A DNA stretch of 32,000 nucleotides from Gemmatimonadota bacterium (GTDB lineage Bacteria; Gemmatimonadota; Gemmatimonadetes; Longimicrobiales; Gaopeijiaceae), in contig JBBDRI010000032.1 in assembly GCA_040905545.1 (NCBI GenBank), positions 89,230-121,229 of the forward strand. The letters run 5' to 3'. Positions 9,093-21,327 of the stretch are shown here, one piece after another. The notes below the pieces were generated by a model. It was not told where the DNA came from. It worked only from the letters and a program-made list of their open reading frames with translations, and did not search any database. The stretch's first letter is position 1. Every line of letters starts with the position of its first letter. A program made the position numbers and the translations under genes.

Positions 9093-10712
9093 ATGCATAC
9101 GCTCCCCAGCCCGCCGCGCCGCACTTCCGTCCGCTCCCTTGGACCCAGGCTTGCCCTGCCTCTCCTCCTCCTGGCCGGAGGGGCATGTCAAGATGGAGCG
9201 ACACCGGCCCTGGACGGCGCGGGAAGCGTCGAGGCAGTGGAACTCACCATTCGAGAGCTCCATTCCGCTCTGGCAAACCGTCGGACCCGTTGCCGTGCCG
9301 TTATCCAGGCTCATCTGGATCGAATCCACGCGTACGACGAATCTTCCGGGCTACACGCCGTCACCGAGATAAACCCCAACGCCCTGACCACCGCGGATTC
9401 CATCGACGCCGCCCTTGCCGCCGGGGCCCCCATGGGTGCCATGGCCTGCGTCCCGGTACTGGTGAAGGACAACTTCAACACCCACGATCTCCCCACCACG
9501 GGAGGGTCGGTTGCCCTCCTGGGGAATATCCCTCCCACGGATGCCTTCATGGTACGTCGGCTCAGGGAGGAGGGCGCCGTCATCCTGGCCAAGACGAATA
9601 TGGCCGAATGGGCGTTCAGCCCCCGTCAGACCATTTCGTCCTCCTATGGGACCACCGCCAACGCATACGATCTGGCTCGGGTCCCCGCAGGATCCAGTGG
9701 GGGCTCTGCATCCGGGGTGGCAGCGGCGTTCGGAGTAGTGGGGTTGGGAAGCGACACGGGCAATTCCATCCGGGGGCCGGCTTCGCACCTGGCCCTGGTG
9801 GGGATCCGGTCGACCTTGGGTCTCACATCCCGCTCAGGCGTGATTCCCCTGAGCTTCGATCGGGATGTAGCCGGCCCTCTCACCCGCACGGTGGAAGACG
9901 CGGCTCGCGTGTTCAACGTGGTGGCAGGAACCGATCCTGAGGATCCATACACCGACCTGGGCGGCCACCTTCGCGAGGCCGACTACACCTCGTTTCTCGT
10001 ACCCGATGCCCTGGAAAGCCGGAAGGTGGGAGTGATCCGACGGTTCGCGGACCCTTCCACCGCAGATCCGGAGGTCCTACAGCGTTTCCAGGAGGCTCTT
10101 GAGGTGTTGGCGGAGCAGGGAGCCGACATCATGGATCCCTTCCCACTTCCGGAACTGGATGCGTGGCTATCGCAGGCCACCTTCTGTCGCCGTTTCCGAT
10201 ACGACGTTCACCAGTACCTCCTCTCCCTTGGGTCCGACGCCCCGATTCTGGACCCCCTCACCGTGCTGGAAACCGGAGACTTCGGCTCCGACGCCGAGGC
10301 GGGGCTTCGGTCGTTCGGAGAGGGCCCCCTGAATGTCCATCCAGCGCAGGCTGATCCGCCGTGCCTGGACTTCGCTCAGCATCCCGGTAGACAGCGGCTT
10401 CTCAACAATGTGATAATGGCCATGGACGAGGCGGGGCTGGACGCACTGGTCTTCCCCACCTGGAGCCACCCTCCGGCGCCTCTGGACCGGGGGAACGAGG
10501 AGTACCGCGGCGACAACAGTCAAGGCCTGGTACCCTCTGCGGGCCTTCCAGCCATCACGGTCCCCATGGGATTCACGCAGGGCACCCTGCCGGCCGGCCT
10601 CCAGTTCGCGGGGAGGCCGTACTCCGAAGGACTGCTCTTCGGACTGGCCTTCGCATACGAACAAGCCACCTTACATCGTCGCCCCCCCTCAGCCTTCCCT
10701 CCCCTGCCTTGA
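9093..10712 (+). CDS. Secreted amidase (amidase-signature family)
   Basis: AS-family Gly/Ser-rich signature GGSSGGSASGVAAAFGVVGLGSDTGNSIRGPAS with catalytic-Lys context (VLVKDN). N-terminal signal or lipoprotein sequence LALPLLLLAGGAC. The track start at 9087 is TTG; ATG at 9093 is two codons later. Confidence 0.9.
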   Translation: MHTLPSPPRRTSVRSLGPRLALPLLLLAGGACQDGATPALDGAGSVEAVELTIRELHSALANRRTRCRAVIQAHLDRIHAYDESSGLHAVTEINPNALTTADSIDAALAAGAPMGAMACVPVLVKDNFNTHDLPTTGGSVALLGNIPPTDAFMVRRLREEGAVILAKTNMAEWAFSPRQTISSSYGTTANAYDLARVPAGSSGGSASGVAAAFGVVGLGSDTGNSIRGPASHLALVGIRSTLGLTSRSGVIPLSFDRDVAGPLTRTVEDAARVFNVVAGTDPEDPYTDLGGHLREADYTSFLVPDALESRKVGVIRRFADPSTADPEVLQRFQEALEVLAEQGADIMDPFPLPELDAWLSQATFCRRFRYDVHQYLLSLGSDAPILDPLTVLETGDFGSDAEAGLRSFGEGPLNVHPAQADPPCLDFAQHPGRQRLLNNVIMAMDEAGLDALVFPTWSHPPAPLDRGNEEYRGDNSQGLVPSAGLPAITVPMGFTQGTLPAGLQFAGRPYSEGLLFGLAFAYEQATLHRRPPSAFPPLP

Positions 10713-10853
10713 GTCGTAGGATGCCAGCCGTGGTCGTTGGACTTTCGGGGCAATCTGCCCCAGATTCTCCCCCTCCGTGCCCGTCGCCTTCCTGGGACGA
10801 TCCCGGATCCATCTCGTGTTGAACCATCTACTCTTTGATTGTGAGCAAAGCCC

Positions 10854-11342
10854 ATGCGAAGCATAGCATCCCACTCTCCTATGAGCCTGACTCTTATGAG
10901 CCTGACTGCCACCGCGTTCCTGGTAGCTTGTGGCGGAACCGATGCCCCACCGGCAACCGATATGGCGGAGTCCCCAGCGCCCACCGAGGCCGCCACCCAG
11001 GTCTGGTTCGAGTCGCCGGTTGACGGTGAAGTGGTGGAAGGCCCCGACGTATTGGTGAGGTTCGGGCACAGCGGGATCGAGTTGGTACCTCCCGATGAAC
11101 CTCGTCCAGGGGAGGGTCATCATCACATCTTCGTGAATGTGGACGTCACACCCATGGGCCAGGTCATCCCCGCAGGACGGGAAGGGATCATCCATATGGG
11201 CGACGCCTCGTCGGAGTACCTGCTGGAGGGACTGGAGCCGGGTGCGTATCGTCTCATTACCGTCATGGCCGATGGTCTGCACATTCCCCTGGATCCCCCG
11301 GTGGTGGATACCGTGAATATCACGGTGGTGGAACCGCAGTGA
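10854..11342 (+). CDS. DUF4399-like lipoprotein
   Basis: 162 aa, lipobox LTATAFLVACGG, and the GHHHIFVN motif I associate with DUF4399 domains. The family assignment is from memory of that motif only. Confidence 0.6.
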   Translation: MRSIASHSPMSLTLMSLTATAFLVACGGTDAPPATDMAESPAPTEAATQVWFESPVDGEVVEGPDVLVRFGHSGIELVPPDEPRPGEGHHHIFVNVDVTPMGQVIPAGREGIIHMGDASSEYLLEGLEPGAYRLITVMADGLHIPLDPPVVDTVNITVVEPQ

Positions 11343-11455
11343 GTGAAAGGGTTGCCAAGCGGCAACCTCGCATCGCACCGTAGAAACAACCGGGGAAGGC
11401 CGCGGGCCATCATTCGAGGCTGTTCCCGCTATTCCACCGTCACAAAGGAGGATTT

Positions 11456-14290
<2,835 letters not shown>

Positions 14291-14330
14291 CCGGAAGCCT
14301 ATGAGCCTGCCACCAGCGCTTCGGTGGTCA

Positions 14331-14361
14331 CACGGCCCCACACCGCCGGTGTGGGGCCGTG
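14331..14361 (+). terminator. GC-rich hairpin 40 nt downstream of the TonB-dependent receptor gene (terminator-like)
   Basis: CACGGCCCCACACCG (14331-45), c, CGGTGTGGGGCCGTG (14347-61) is a perfect 15-bp palindrome, giving about a 13-bp stem after loop opening. It is followed by ctcgtctt, only a weak T-tract. Confidence 0.5.
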
Positions 14362-14541
14362 CTCGTCTTGACTGCGGAGAGGATGAGGCTTCCTCACCCT
14401 TGCCCTGCCCCTGCGATCAACCCTTTCAAAGCCTCAGGGGTCCTAGATATTGCCCCCCGCATCTGGCAGGAACGGGGGTTTTCACCTATCCTGCCCGTCT
14501 TTCCGGTATCCTTGAATTTTCCAACCCATCAGGAGCTGTTC

Positions 14542-15027
14542 ATGGAGTCGTTTCCGCGCCCGGTAGCCCTGGCACTTACCCTGTTCACCATCGCAGGATG
14601 TGCCTCGTCCGCCGGCCCAGCCGATAGCCCCGCGCCCCAACCAGAAGCGGCTCCGGTGGAAGAAGCTGCGGCACCTGTGGAGGAAGCGGGACCTCGCTTT
14701 GCCTCGGAGACGCCGGTCTACTCCGAGGCCCAGGCCACCCGCGGTCGTGACCTCTACGATGTGGAGTGCGCCACCTGTCACGGTCCCCGCGAGTTCTCGG
14801 GCACCAGCTTCCTTCGCCGTTGGAGCGGAGGGCCGGTGGGCTCGCTCTTTGGCTATATCAATGGCAGTATGCCCCAGATGAGTCCTGGCATCCTTACCTA
14901 CGAAGAGACCGCCGATATCGTAGCCTATGTTCTCAGCCTCAATGGATTTCCTGCGGGGAACGTGGAGTTGCCGTCGGAGCCCAGCGCTCTGGCTGAGATC
15001 CGCTACCAACCGTCCACTGGACGCTAG
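14542..15027 (+). CDS. Mono-haem c-type cytochrome lipoprotein
   Basis: CATCHG haem-binding motif, downstream Met-containing segment (GSMPQMSP), lipobox LFTIAGC, and AGGAG RBS at 14531-35 before ATG 14542. The track ORF from 14359 is an extension. Confidence 0.75.
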   Translation: MESFPRPVALALTLFTIAGCASSAGPADSPAPQPEAAPVEEAAAPVEEAGPRFASETPVYSEAQATRGRDLYDVECATCHGPREFSGTSFLRRWSGGPVGSLFGYINGSMPQMSPGILTYEETADIVAYVLSLNGFPAGNVELPSEPSALAEIRYQPSTGR

Positions 15028-15088
15028 GCGCTTCACGCCTACTGGTCCTGATGGCCCACTGTTTCGTTTTCCACTGCACGGGGGAAAG

Positions 15089-17101
15089 ATGAGAGGAATT
15101 GAACGCCGGTTGCCCAAACAGGCCATCTGGCATCGCCTGACCGCCACCGCCTTTGCCGCCGCTGTCATGGGCGCCGCCTTCACTGCCCCGGCCCTCACCG
15201 CCCAGGATTATCAGAACTGGACGCACTGGGGCGGGGACGTCTTCAGCACCCGGTACTCGGCCCTGGATCAGATCACCCCCCAGAACTTCGGGGACCTGGA
15301 GGTGGCGTGGGTGTGGCGCGGCGACAACTACGGGCCCCAAGTGGACAATATCCTCAGGGCCACGCCCATCTACGCCGAAGGGAAGCTCTTCACGGTGGCA
15401 GGTCAGCGGCGATCCGTCATCGCCATCGATCCCGCCACCGGCGAGACCCTCTGGATGTGGCGCATGCGTTACACCAAGCGGTGGGAAGACTCCATGCGGA
15501 AGAACTACGGGAAGTCCGTGGTCTATGAAGTGGTGGATGGCCGGGGACGCATCTACGTGGTGGACCCGGGCTTCTTCCTCATCGCCCTGGATGCCGAAAC
15601 AGGGCATCCCATCCAGAGCTTCGGGGAAAACGGCATCGTGGATCTCCTGGAAGATCTGGGCTACCCCTTCAACGGCGACGAGGGCATCCCTCGGGACCGG
15701 GGCTACATCACCAACTCCTCGGCGCCCATCATCGTGGACGGGGTCATCATCGTTCCCAACTCCGGGGAGCAGGGATACTACCAGACCCGAAAAGAAGAGG
15801 TGGCCGGGCACATCCTGGCCTACGACGCCCGCACCGGCCGGCACATGTGGAAGTTCAATGTGATCCCCCAGCCTGGGGAATTCGGTCACGACACATGGGA
15901 GGAAGGCTCCTGGGAGTACACAGGAAACGTAGGCTCATGGGCCCCCATCTCCGCCGATCCTGAACTGGGGCTGGTCTACCTCCCCACCAAGGGCGGCACC
16001 AACGACTACTACGGCGGGCATCGCCCAGGCGACGAGCTCTTCGGAAACTCCATTCTCGCCCTGGATGTCCAGACGGGGGAACGGCGCTGGCACTTCCAGA
16101 CCGTCCGCCACGATGTATGGAACTTCGATCTTCCCCATGCCCCCCAACTGGTGGACCTCACGGTGAATGGGCAGCGAGTACCCGCTCTGGTGCAGGTGAG
16201 CAAGCAGGGGTGGGCGTATGTACTGAACCGCGTTACAGGTGAGCCTCTTTGGCCCGTGGAGATGCGGGAAGTACCTCAGTCGGACGTGCCTGGCGAGCGC
16301 CTCTCTCCCGTACAGCCATACCCCACCAGACCAGCCCCCTACGAGCGTCAGGGTCTGGCGGAGGACGATCTCATCGACTTCACTCCGGAGCTTCGGCGGG
16401 AGGCTCAGGAGATCGCCTCTCGCTACCGCCTGAGTGGGGAGCTGTTCAACCCGCCCTCCGTCCGCAACGCCCCTGACGGCACGCTGGCCTCGGTCCACTG
16501 CCCCGGAGCCAATGGTGGCGCCAACATCCCCGGGGGAGCCGCCGTGGATCCGGAGACGGGCATCCTCTACGTGGCCTCCATCGCCGGCTGTAGCGCACCT
16601 CAGCTCATGCCCGGAACAGAAAGAGACCCCGACTCCACCATGGACTGGGTGACCAATGGCCCGGGCGGAGTGCCGGGCCCCCAGGGTCTTCCCCTCTGGA
16701 AGCCCCCGTACGGGAAGATTACCGCCATCGACCTGAACACGGGTGAGCACCTGAGCAGCTTCGGAAACGGTCGGGGGTGGATTCCCAATGGTGAGCCCCA
16801 GGAGCGCTTCGTGGAGCACCCGGCGCTCCAGGGTATCGACCTCTCCCTGATTGGGAAATCGGCTCACGCCACCCCTCTGGTGACACGCACCGCCTTCCTG
16901 TTCGGAGAGGGACGCGGCGGGTACCCTCTCTTCCATGCCGCAGACAAGCGGACCGGCGAGATCCTGGCGTCGGTGGAACTCCCTGCCCCCACGAACACGG
17001 CACCCATGACCTTCATGCATGAAGGCAAGCAGTACATCGTGTCGGCGATTGGCGGCCAGGGCTTCCCTGGATCCCTGGTGGCACTCCGCCTTCCGGACTG
17101 A
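15089..17101 (+). CDS. Periplasmic PQQ-dependent dehydrogenase (glucose/quinate-dehydrogenase-like beta-propeller)
   Basis: 670 aa from ATG 15089 with a signal peptide. Quinoprotein motifs: NWTHWGGDVFSTRYSALDQI, ATPIYAEGKLF, AIDPATGETLW, LALDVQTGERRWHFQTVRHDVWNFD, SKQGWAYVLNRVTGEPLW. I see no vicinal Cys-Cys pair (the methanol/ethanol-DH hallmark), hence the GDH-like call. Confidence 0.88.
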   Translation: MRGIERRLPKQAIWHRLTATAFAAAVMGAAFTAPALTAQDYQNWTHWGGDVFSTRYSALDQITPQNFGDLEVAWVWRGDNYGPQVDNILRATPIYAEGKLFTVAGQRRSVIAIDPATGETLWMWRMRYTKRWEDSMRKNYGKSVVYEVVDGRGRIYVVDPGFFLIALDAETGHPIQSFGENGIVDLLEDLGYPFNGDEGIPRDRGYITNSSAPIIVDGVIIVPNSGEQGYYQTRKEEVAGHILAYDARTGRHMWKFNVIPQPGEFGHDTWEEGSWEYTGNVGSWAPISADPELGLVYLPTKGGTNDYYGGHRPGDELFGNSILALDVQTGERRWHFQTVRHDVWNFDLPHAPQLVDLTVNGQRVPALVQVSKQGWAYVLNRVTGEPLWPVEMREVPQSDVPGERLSPVQPYPTRPAPYERQGLAEDDLIDFTPELRREAQEIASRYRLSGELFNPPSVRNAPDGTLASVHCPGANGGANIPGGAAVDPETGILYVASIAGCSAPQLMPGTERDPDSTMDWVTNGPGGVPGPQGLPLWKPPYGKITAIDLNTGEHLSSFGNGRGWIPNGEPQERFVEHPALQGIDLSLIGKSAHATPLVTRTAFLFGEGRGGYPLFHAADKRTGEILASVELPAPTNTAPMTFMHEGKQYIVSAIGGQGFPGSLVALRLPD

Positions 17102-17115
17102 GGAGGAGAGGTACC

Positions 17116-18693
17116 ATGACGACCCCCGGGCCACACCTTCCCGGGGAGCGGCATGCAGGTGAAGGGGTGGGGTCCGAGATGCCGGGCCCCACCCCTTCGT
17201 ACATGATGGTGGATCCTTTCAGACGTTTCTCGCCTGCGACACGCAGGGCAGTCTGGGCAGCAATCATCTTGCTCCTCCTGATCCTCACAGCCCTGGGGGT
17301 CTACTGGTACACCCAATCCACCCGGATCACCGCCCCTGCACCGGGCACGGAGGAATCGGACCCCGATTGGCCTCCGCTTCCGGCCTCGTCCATCAACCTC
17401 CCCGTCCTGTTCGATCTCCATCGGGTGCTGGACTCGCTGGAAGAAGCCGTCCCCGTGCGCTTCGGAAGCCTGGATCAGCGCCGCACCCATCCTTCCAACG
17501 GACGGGTGGAATATGCCTTCACGGTAGAAAGGGAACCCTTCCAAACTCGACTCAGGGGTGACACGGCTCACCTCACCGCCGTAATCCACTATCAGGGACG
17601 CGGTTGGTACGATCCCCCCCTGCTTCCCGAGATCCGCAGCTCCTGTGGAACCGCCACAGATCGGGATGACCGGCCTCGGGCGCTGGTGGCCCTTTCCTCG
17701 CGCCTGGAGTTGGACCGGAACTGGGTCCTCCGCTCCCGCGTGCAGGTAGACCGGGTGGCACCCCTCACCGACTCCGATGCCGACCGATGCCGGGTCACCT
17801 TCCTCCGCATGGACATGACCGATAGGATCATGGGGGCAGCTCGCGACGGCCTACAGGAGCGTACACCCCGCATCGACGCACGCCTGGCGGGAGTGGATAT
17901 CAAGGGGAGGCTTGAGCGGTACTGGGATATCCTCCGGGAACCCGTGGAACTCACCGAAGACGTCTGGCTGGTGTTGGATCCGGTAGCCATTCGGCACGGG
18001 CAAATGGGTGGGGTGGAGGGCTCCCCCGGAACCCTCCGGGCGGAACTGGGGGTTGTGGCGCATCCCCGCATCCTGGTGGGTGACCGACCCACCATGAAGG
18101 CACTTCCTCTGCCACCCCTGGAGGTGGGGGAGGTGGAGGACGGGTTCCAGATCGTCCTGGAAGGCACGGCCGAGTACGACGCGGCGGCCCGGATTCTCAC
18201 CCGGGAGCTCTCCCAGCGCAGATTCCAGGTGAGGGGCAACGAGGTGCGGATCCGCGAGGTGCAGGTGCAGGGCATCGGCGGGGGCCGTTTGGCCGTGGAA
18301 CTGGACATGCGGGGAGACATCCAGGGCCGAATCTACCTGGTGGGCACCCCTACCTTTGATCGGCAGAGCTCGCAGATCACCGTTCCCGACCTGGATTTTG
18401 ACGTGGCGACCCGGAATATGCTGGTCGGGGGCGCCGCCTGGCTGGTTCGTAGCGGCTTCCCGGAGTTCGTTCGGGGGCACGCCCGCTGGCCGGTGGAAGA
18501 CGCCATGGAATTGGCGGAAGAGCACGCCCACCGAGGGCTCAACCACCGCCTCTCCACCACAGCCCGATTGGAAGGGGAACTCAAGTCCGTAGATGTGGTG
18601 GGGGTGCTGGCCACCAGGAATGCCCTTATGATTCGTACGCGAGCGGAGGCCACACTCCGCCTGGTCATCGACTACGAGGAGGATGCACCATGA
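17116..18693 (+). CDS. Membrane-anchored hypothetical protein (possibly DUF4403-like)
   Basis: GAGGAGGAG RBS before ATG 17116, starting 14 nt after the PQQ-DH stop. One N-terminal TM helix (VWAAIILLLLILTALGVYWY), then about 450 aa of non-low-complexity sequence beginning SSINLPVLFDL. The family guess is weak. Confidence 0.6.
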   Translation: MTTPGPHLPGERHAGEGVGSEMPGPTPSYMMVDPFRRFSPATRRAVWAAIILLLLILTALGVYWYTQSTRITAPAPGTEESDPDWPPLPASSINLPVLFDLHRVLDSLEEAVPVRFGSLDQRRTHPSNGRVEYAFTVEREPFQTRLRGDTAHLTAVIHYQGRGWYDPPLLPEIRSSCGTATDRDDRPRALVALSSRLELDRNWVLRSRVQVDRVAPLTDSDADRCRVTFLRMDMTDRIMGAARDGLQERTPRIDARLAGVDIKGRLERYWDILREPVELTEDVWLVLDPVAIRHGQMGGVEGSPGTLRAELGVVAHPRILVGDRPTMKALPLPPLEVGEVEDGFQIVLEGTAEYDAAARILTRELSQRRFQVRGNEVRIREVQVQGIGGGRLAVELDMRGDIQGRIYLVGTPTFDRQSSQITVPDLDFDVATRNMLVGGAAWLVRSGFPEFVRGHARWPVEDAMELAEEHAHRGLNHRLSTTARLEGELKSVDVVGVLATRNALMIRTRAEATLRLVIDYEEDAP

Positions 18694-19187
18694 ATGCTCT
18701 ATCCCTGGCCCTGCTCCGGCTCACACTGGGCATCCTGCTCTTCTGGTGGGGTACGGACAAGATCATGAATGTGGAACACGCCCAGGCCGTGTCCGACTCC
18801 TTCTACCTGGGACTCTTGAGTCACCCAGGTCTCCTCCCCGTCCTGGGAGCCGTTCAGATGGTGCTGGCCCTGGTATTCCTGCTGGGATACAAGCGGCGGT
18901 GGGTGGATCCGGTGGTGGTCCTTATCTACCTGGCCACTGCGGTGGGTGTCTGGCGCTCCCTGCTGGACCCCTTCGGCTACCTGTTGGAAGGCACCAACGC
19001 ACTCTTCTTCCCGTCTGCCGTGGTCTTTGCGGGTTCGCTGGTCCTCATGACCTCCCACGCCCGTGAGACGCTGGTGTTGGATCGAGCCCTGGCCAAGGCT
19101 CCCGAGCCGCCACCCCCCGTCGTCTCTGAACCGGATCAGCCCGTCACCCCAGATCCCTTCCTGGACGACGAGCTCCCGGACATCTGA
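18690..19187 (+). CDS. DoxX-like small integral membrane protein
   Basis: ATGA start/stop overlap with the preceding gene. Four predicted TM helices and a DoxX-like N-terminus (LALLRLTLGILLFWWGTDKI). Acidic, Pro-rich C-terminal tail. Confidence 0.6.
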   Translation: MNALSLALLRLTLGILLFWWGTDKIMNVEHAQAVSDSFYLGLLSHPGLLPVLGAVQMVLALVFLLGYKRRWVDPVVVLIYLATAVGVWRSLLDPFGYLLEGTNALFFPSAVVFAGSLVLMTSHARETLVLDRALAKAPEPPPPVVSEPDQPVTPDPFLDDELPDI

Positions 19188-19197
19188 CCGCTAGAAG

Positions 19198-20454
19198 CTA
19201 GCGGTTCCCCCCGGAGCCGTTGCCCCCGTTGTTCCTCCGGCGGGCCCGGCGTTCCTCGCCTGAACCACTCCGGGTGGGAGGCGGCGGGGATTTCACCTGC
19301 GTTCCCCGGGGGGTTACGGCGGGACGGTTGGGCTGGCTGGTTCCCCTGGACGGCGTGGAACCGCGGGCCGACGAGCCAGACCCGGAACCTCCTCCGGAAA
19401 TGTAGCCCCGGTTCCGATCCACCCGGCTCCGGTCCTGAACGGTGGGCGGTCTCACCACCACCACCGTGGAACCGGCTCCAAAACGGGGATACCCCCACCC
19501 GTAGTTCCCGTAGCCGTAAGACCCATAGCTGTAACCGTAGCGGGAATAGAAGGGGTCATAGCCGTAGAACCCGCCGTATCGGGGACCAAAGGGGCCGGCA
19601 CCGTAGATCCTGCGAGAACCGTAGGGCCGATAGCTTTCCCCCGAGACGTCCCGGCTTCCACCCTGCAGAGCGAAGCGTTCGGGGTAGGTGGTGGCCACCA
19701 TGACATCCAACACCTCTCCCGGGAGCCCCTGGGCCGCCAACTCCCTGATGGTGGCGGCATTCAGGGCGAAGGCCTGCTCCCTCTCCGCTACCAGGGCTCC
19801 GGCCCCGTGGGCCCCCACCACCTCCACCAACTCCAGCACATCGTCAGGGGTGAGGGCCGAAGCGGCCTCCGCTCTTGCGGTGGCCACTGCCAGCGACAGT
19901 CCCTGAGACGGGTCGGTGACTCCGTGGAACGCCAGACTGGCACTTCCTGCGGGACGGAACCGACGCATTCCCAGCAGGGGGTCGCCTCCCTGGGCCCGGA
20001 TGCTCTGCACCTCGATCCACTCCCTGCCGTCAGGTAGGAAGCTGAAGACGGAACGGCCTTCGTGAAGCAGGCCTTCCCCACACACCATCTGGGAGGAGAG
20101 GAAGAACCTCCGCCCATCGTCGGACCACTCTCCCCGCTGCTCGCCACTGCATCCCTCATCCTCCAGAGCCGTGGCCACCCCATCGCTTCGAAGCACCTCC
20201 CGAGCCGTGGCTTCACCACCCTGGTAGGACACGAGCTGCACGGCCAAGCCGCCTTCCAGAGGCGTCACGCAGAGGAGGAATTCGGGGAACTCCGCCTCTT
20301 CCGAAAGCTCGGATGAGGAAGAAGCAGGAGCACCGTCCACCGACTCCCAACATCCTACCCACGGGAGCCAGCGATCGGCATTCTGAGCCTCGGCTCCCAC
20401 AGGCATGGAGAGGCCCAGAAAGGCAAGACTGGTAAGGAGGATGGGGTTTCTCAT
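19198..20454 (-). CDS. Secreted hypothetical protein with Gly/Tyr-rich segment and basic disordered tail
   Basis: GGGAG RBS before ATG 20454. Signal peptide MRNPILLTSLAFLGLSMPVGAEA|Q, then a Cys-containing N-domain. Paired helical motif follows (DDVLELVEVVG / GEVLDVMVATT). Residues 274-328 contain 14 Tyr and 15 Gly in 55 aa. Residues 341-418 are a S/G/R/P-rich basic tail. Confidence 0.7.
   Translation of the reverse strand: MRNPILLTSLAFLGLSMPVGAEAQNADRWLPWVGCWESVDGAPASSSSELSEEAEFPEFLLCVTPLEGGLAVQLVSYQGGEATAREVLRSDGVATALEDEGCSGEQRGEWSDDGRRFFLSSQMVCGEGLLHEGRSVFSFLPDGREWIEVQSIRAQGGDPLLGMRRFRPAGSASLAFHGVTDPSQGLSLAVATARAEAASALTPDDVLELVEVVGAHGAGALVAEREQAFALNAATIRELAAQGLPGEVLDVMVATTYPERFALQGGSRDVSGESYRPYGSRRIYGAGPFGPRYGGFYGYDPFYSRYGYSYGSYGYGNYGWGYPRFGAGSTVVVVRPPTVQDRSRVDRNRGYISGGGSGSGSSARGSTPSRGTSQPNRPAVTPRGTQVKSPPPPTRSGSGEERRARRRNNGGNGSGGNR
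19471..19635 (-). repeat. Coding low-complexity region (Gly/Tyr-rich, recurring CCGTAG/GTAGCC units on the + strand)
   Basis: Encodes SYRPYGSRRIYGAGPFGPRYGGFYGYDPFYSRYGYSYGSYGYGNYGWGYPRFGAG. The DNA shows reiterated ccgtag / gtaacc / gtagcc units. Confidence 0.8.
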
Positions 20455-20466
20455 GATTCAGCTCCC

Positions 20467-21228
20467 TCAGTAACGGAAGGAAAGGCCCAGCGAAAGGCGC
20501 AGGCCGGAAAGGTCGATGGGCTCAAAGCCGGAGAAGTTGCTGCTGTTGAGCCGGGCGTCGGCCCATTGGTATTTCCCCTCGAAAGTCAGATATGTGCGCT
20601 GGAGGAAGCGGAGATCAATGCCGCCAGATGCATAGTACATGAGCGACTCGCCCTTGGAAGTGAAGTCACCGGTGAAGATGATTTCCTCCTCTTCGTCAAC
20701 GAAATCGCCCCACTGATGGAAGGTGTAGCTGGTCCGACCCAGCCCTCCACCCACATGTGCGTTCAAGGTGCGGGGAATCCAGACGAACTGCCCGAACTGA
20801 TCACCCACGGGCAGGAGGTAGACCTTGCCTCCCACGTAACCCGTGGGGCCCGAGGAGAAACGGGTGTCCTGAAGGATGGGGTCGCCGTTCTCCTCCTCCC
20901 AATCGCGCAATTCGGACGTGCGGGTCACCTGACTCAGGTCGAAGCCCACCACCAATTCGGCACGGTTCCCGAACCAGACTCCCACCTCTCCTCCCCCTGA
21001 CGGGGATCGGAAGTCGGAGCGATCCAGGGTAAGCTGCCGGGTGGTGAAATCGAAGACGTCACTTCCAGCCCGAGGAAGGAACATCCCACCCTTCAGCGTG
21101 AGGCTGATGGTGGGTGCTCGGAACTGGAAGTCCGGGGGTGCCGCCTGACCGGCCAGCAGACCAGGCGCCATGAACAAAGCTGCTCCCAGGACTCCGGGAA
21201 GGACCCAGCGTAGGGACGAATACGTCAT
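20467..21228 (-). CDS. Outer-membrane beta-barrel protein (small porin/OMP-like)
   Basis: AAGGAGGAG RBS before ATG 21228. Signal peptide (VLPGVLGAALFMAPGLLAGQA), alternating amphipathic beta-strand pattern, and a C-terminal OMP signature ending LSLGLSFRY. Only 12 nt separate it from the downstream Gly/Tyr-rich gene. Confidence 0.7.
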   Translation of the reverse strand: MTYSSLRWVLPGVLGAALFMAPGLLAGQAAPPDFQFRAPTISLTLKGGMFLPRAGSDVFDFTTRQLTLDRSDFRSPSGGGEVGVWFGNRAELVVGFDLSQVTRTSELRDWEEENGDPILQDTRFSSGPTGYVGGKVYLLPVGDQFGQFVWIPRTLNAHVGGGLGRTSYTFHQWGDFVDEEEEIIFTGDFTSKGESLMYYASGGIDLRFLQRTYLTFEGKYQWADARLNSSNFSGFEPIDLSGLRLSLGLSFRY

Positions 21229-21266
21229 GGCTCTCCTCCTTCAGCGATAGGTGGTCGTGGAATCCA

Positions 21267-21315
21267 GATTTCCTACCACAACCAGATTCCGCACCACACC
21301 CGATTCCGCACCACA
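21267..21315 (-). repeat. Three tandem direct repeats (14-bp core, 17-18-bp period) upstream of the OMP gene; candidate regulator-binding array
   Basis: GATTTCCTACCACA (21267-80), GATTCCGCACCACA (21285-98), GATTCCGCACCACA (21302-15). On the transcribed strand the core reads TGTGGTGCGGAATC. It lies 39-87 bp upstream of ATG 21228. A partial fourth copy, GATTCCG, is at 21331-37. Confidence 0.55.
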
Positions 21316-21327
21316 ATAGGGTAGGAC

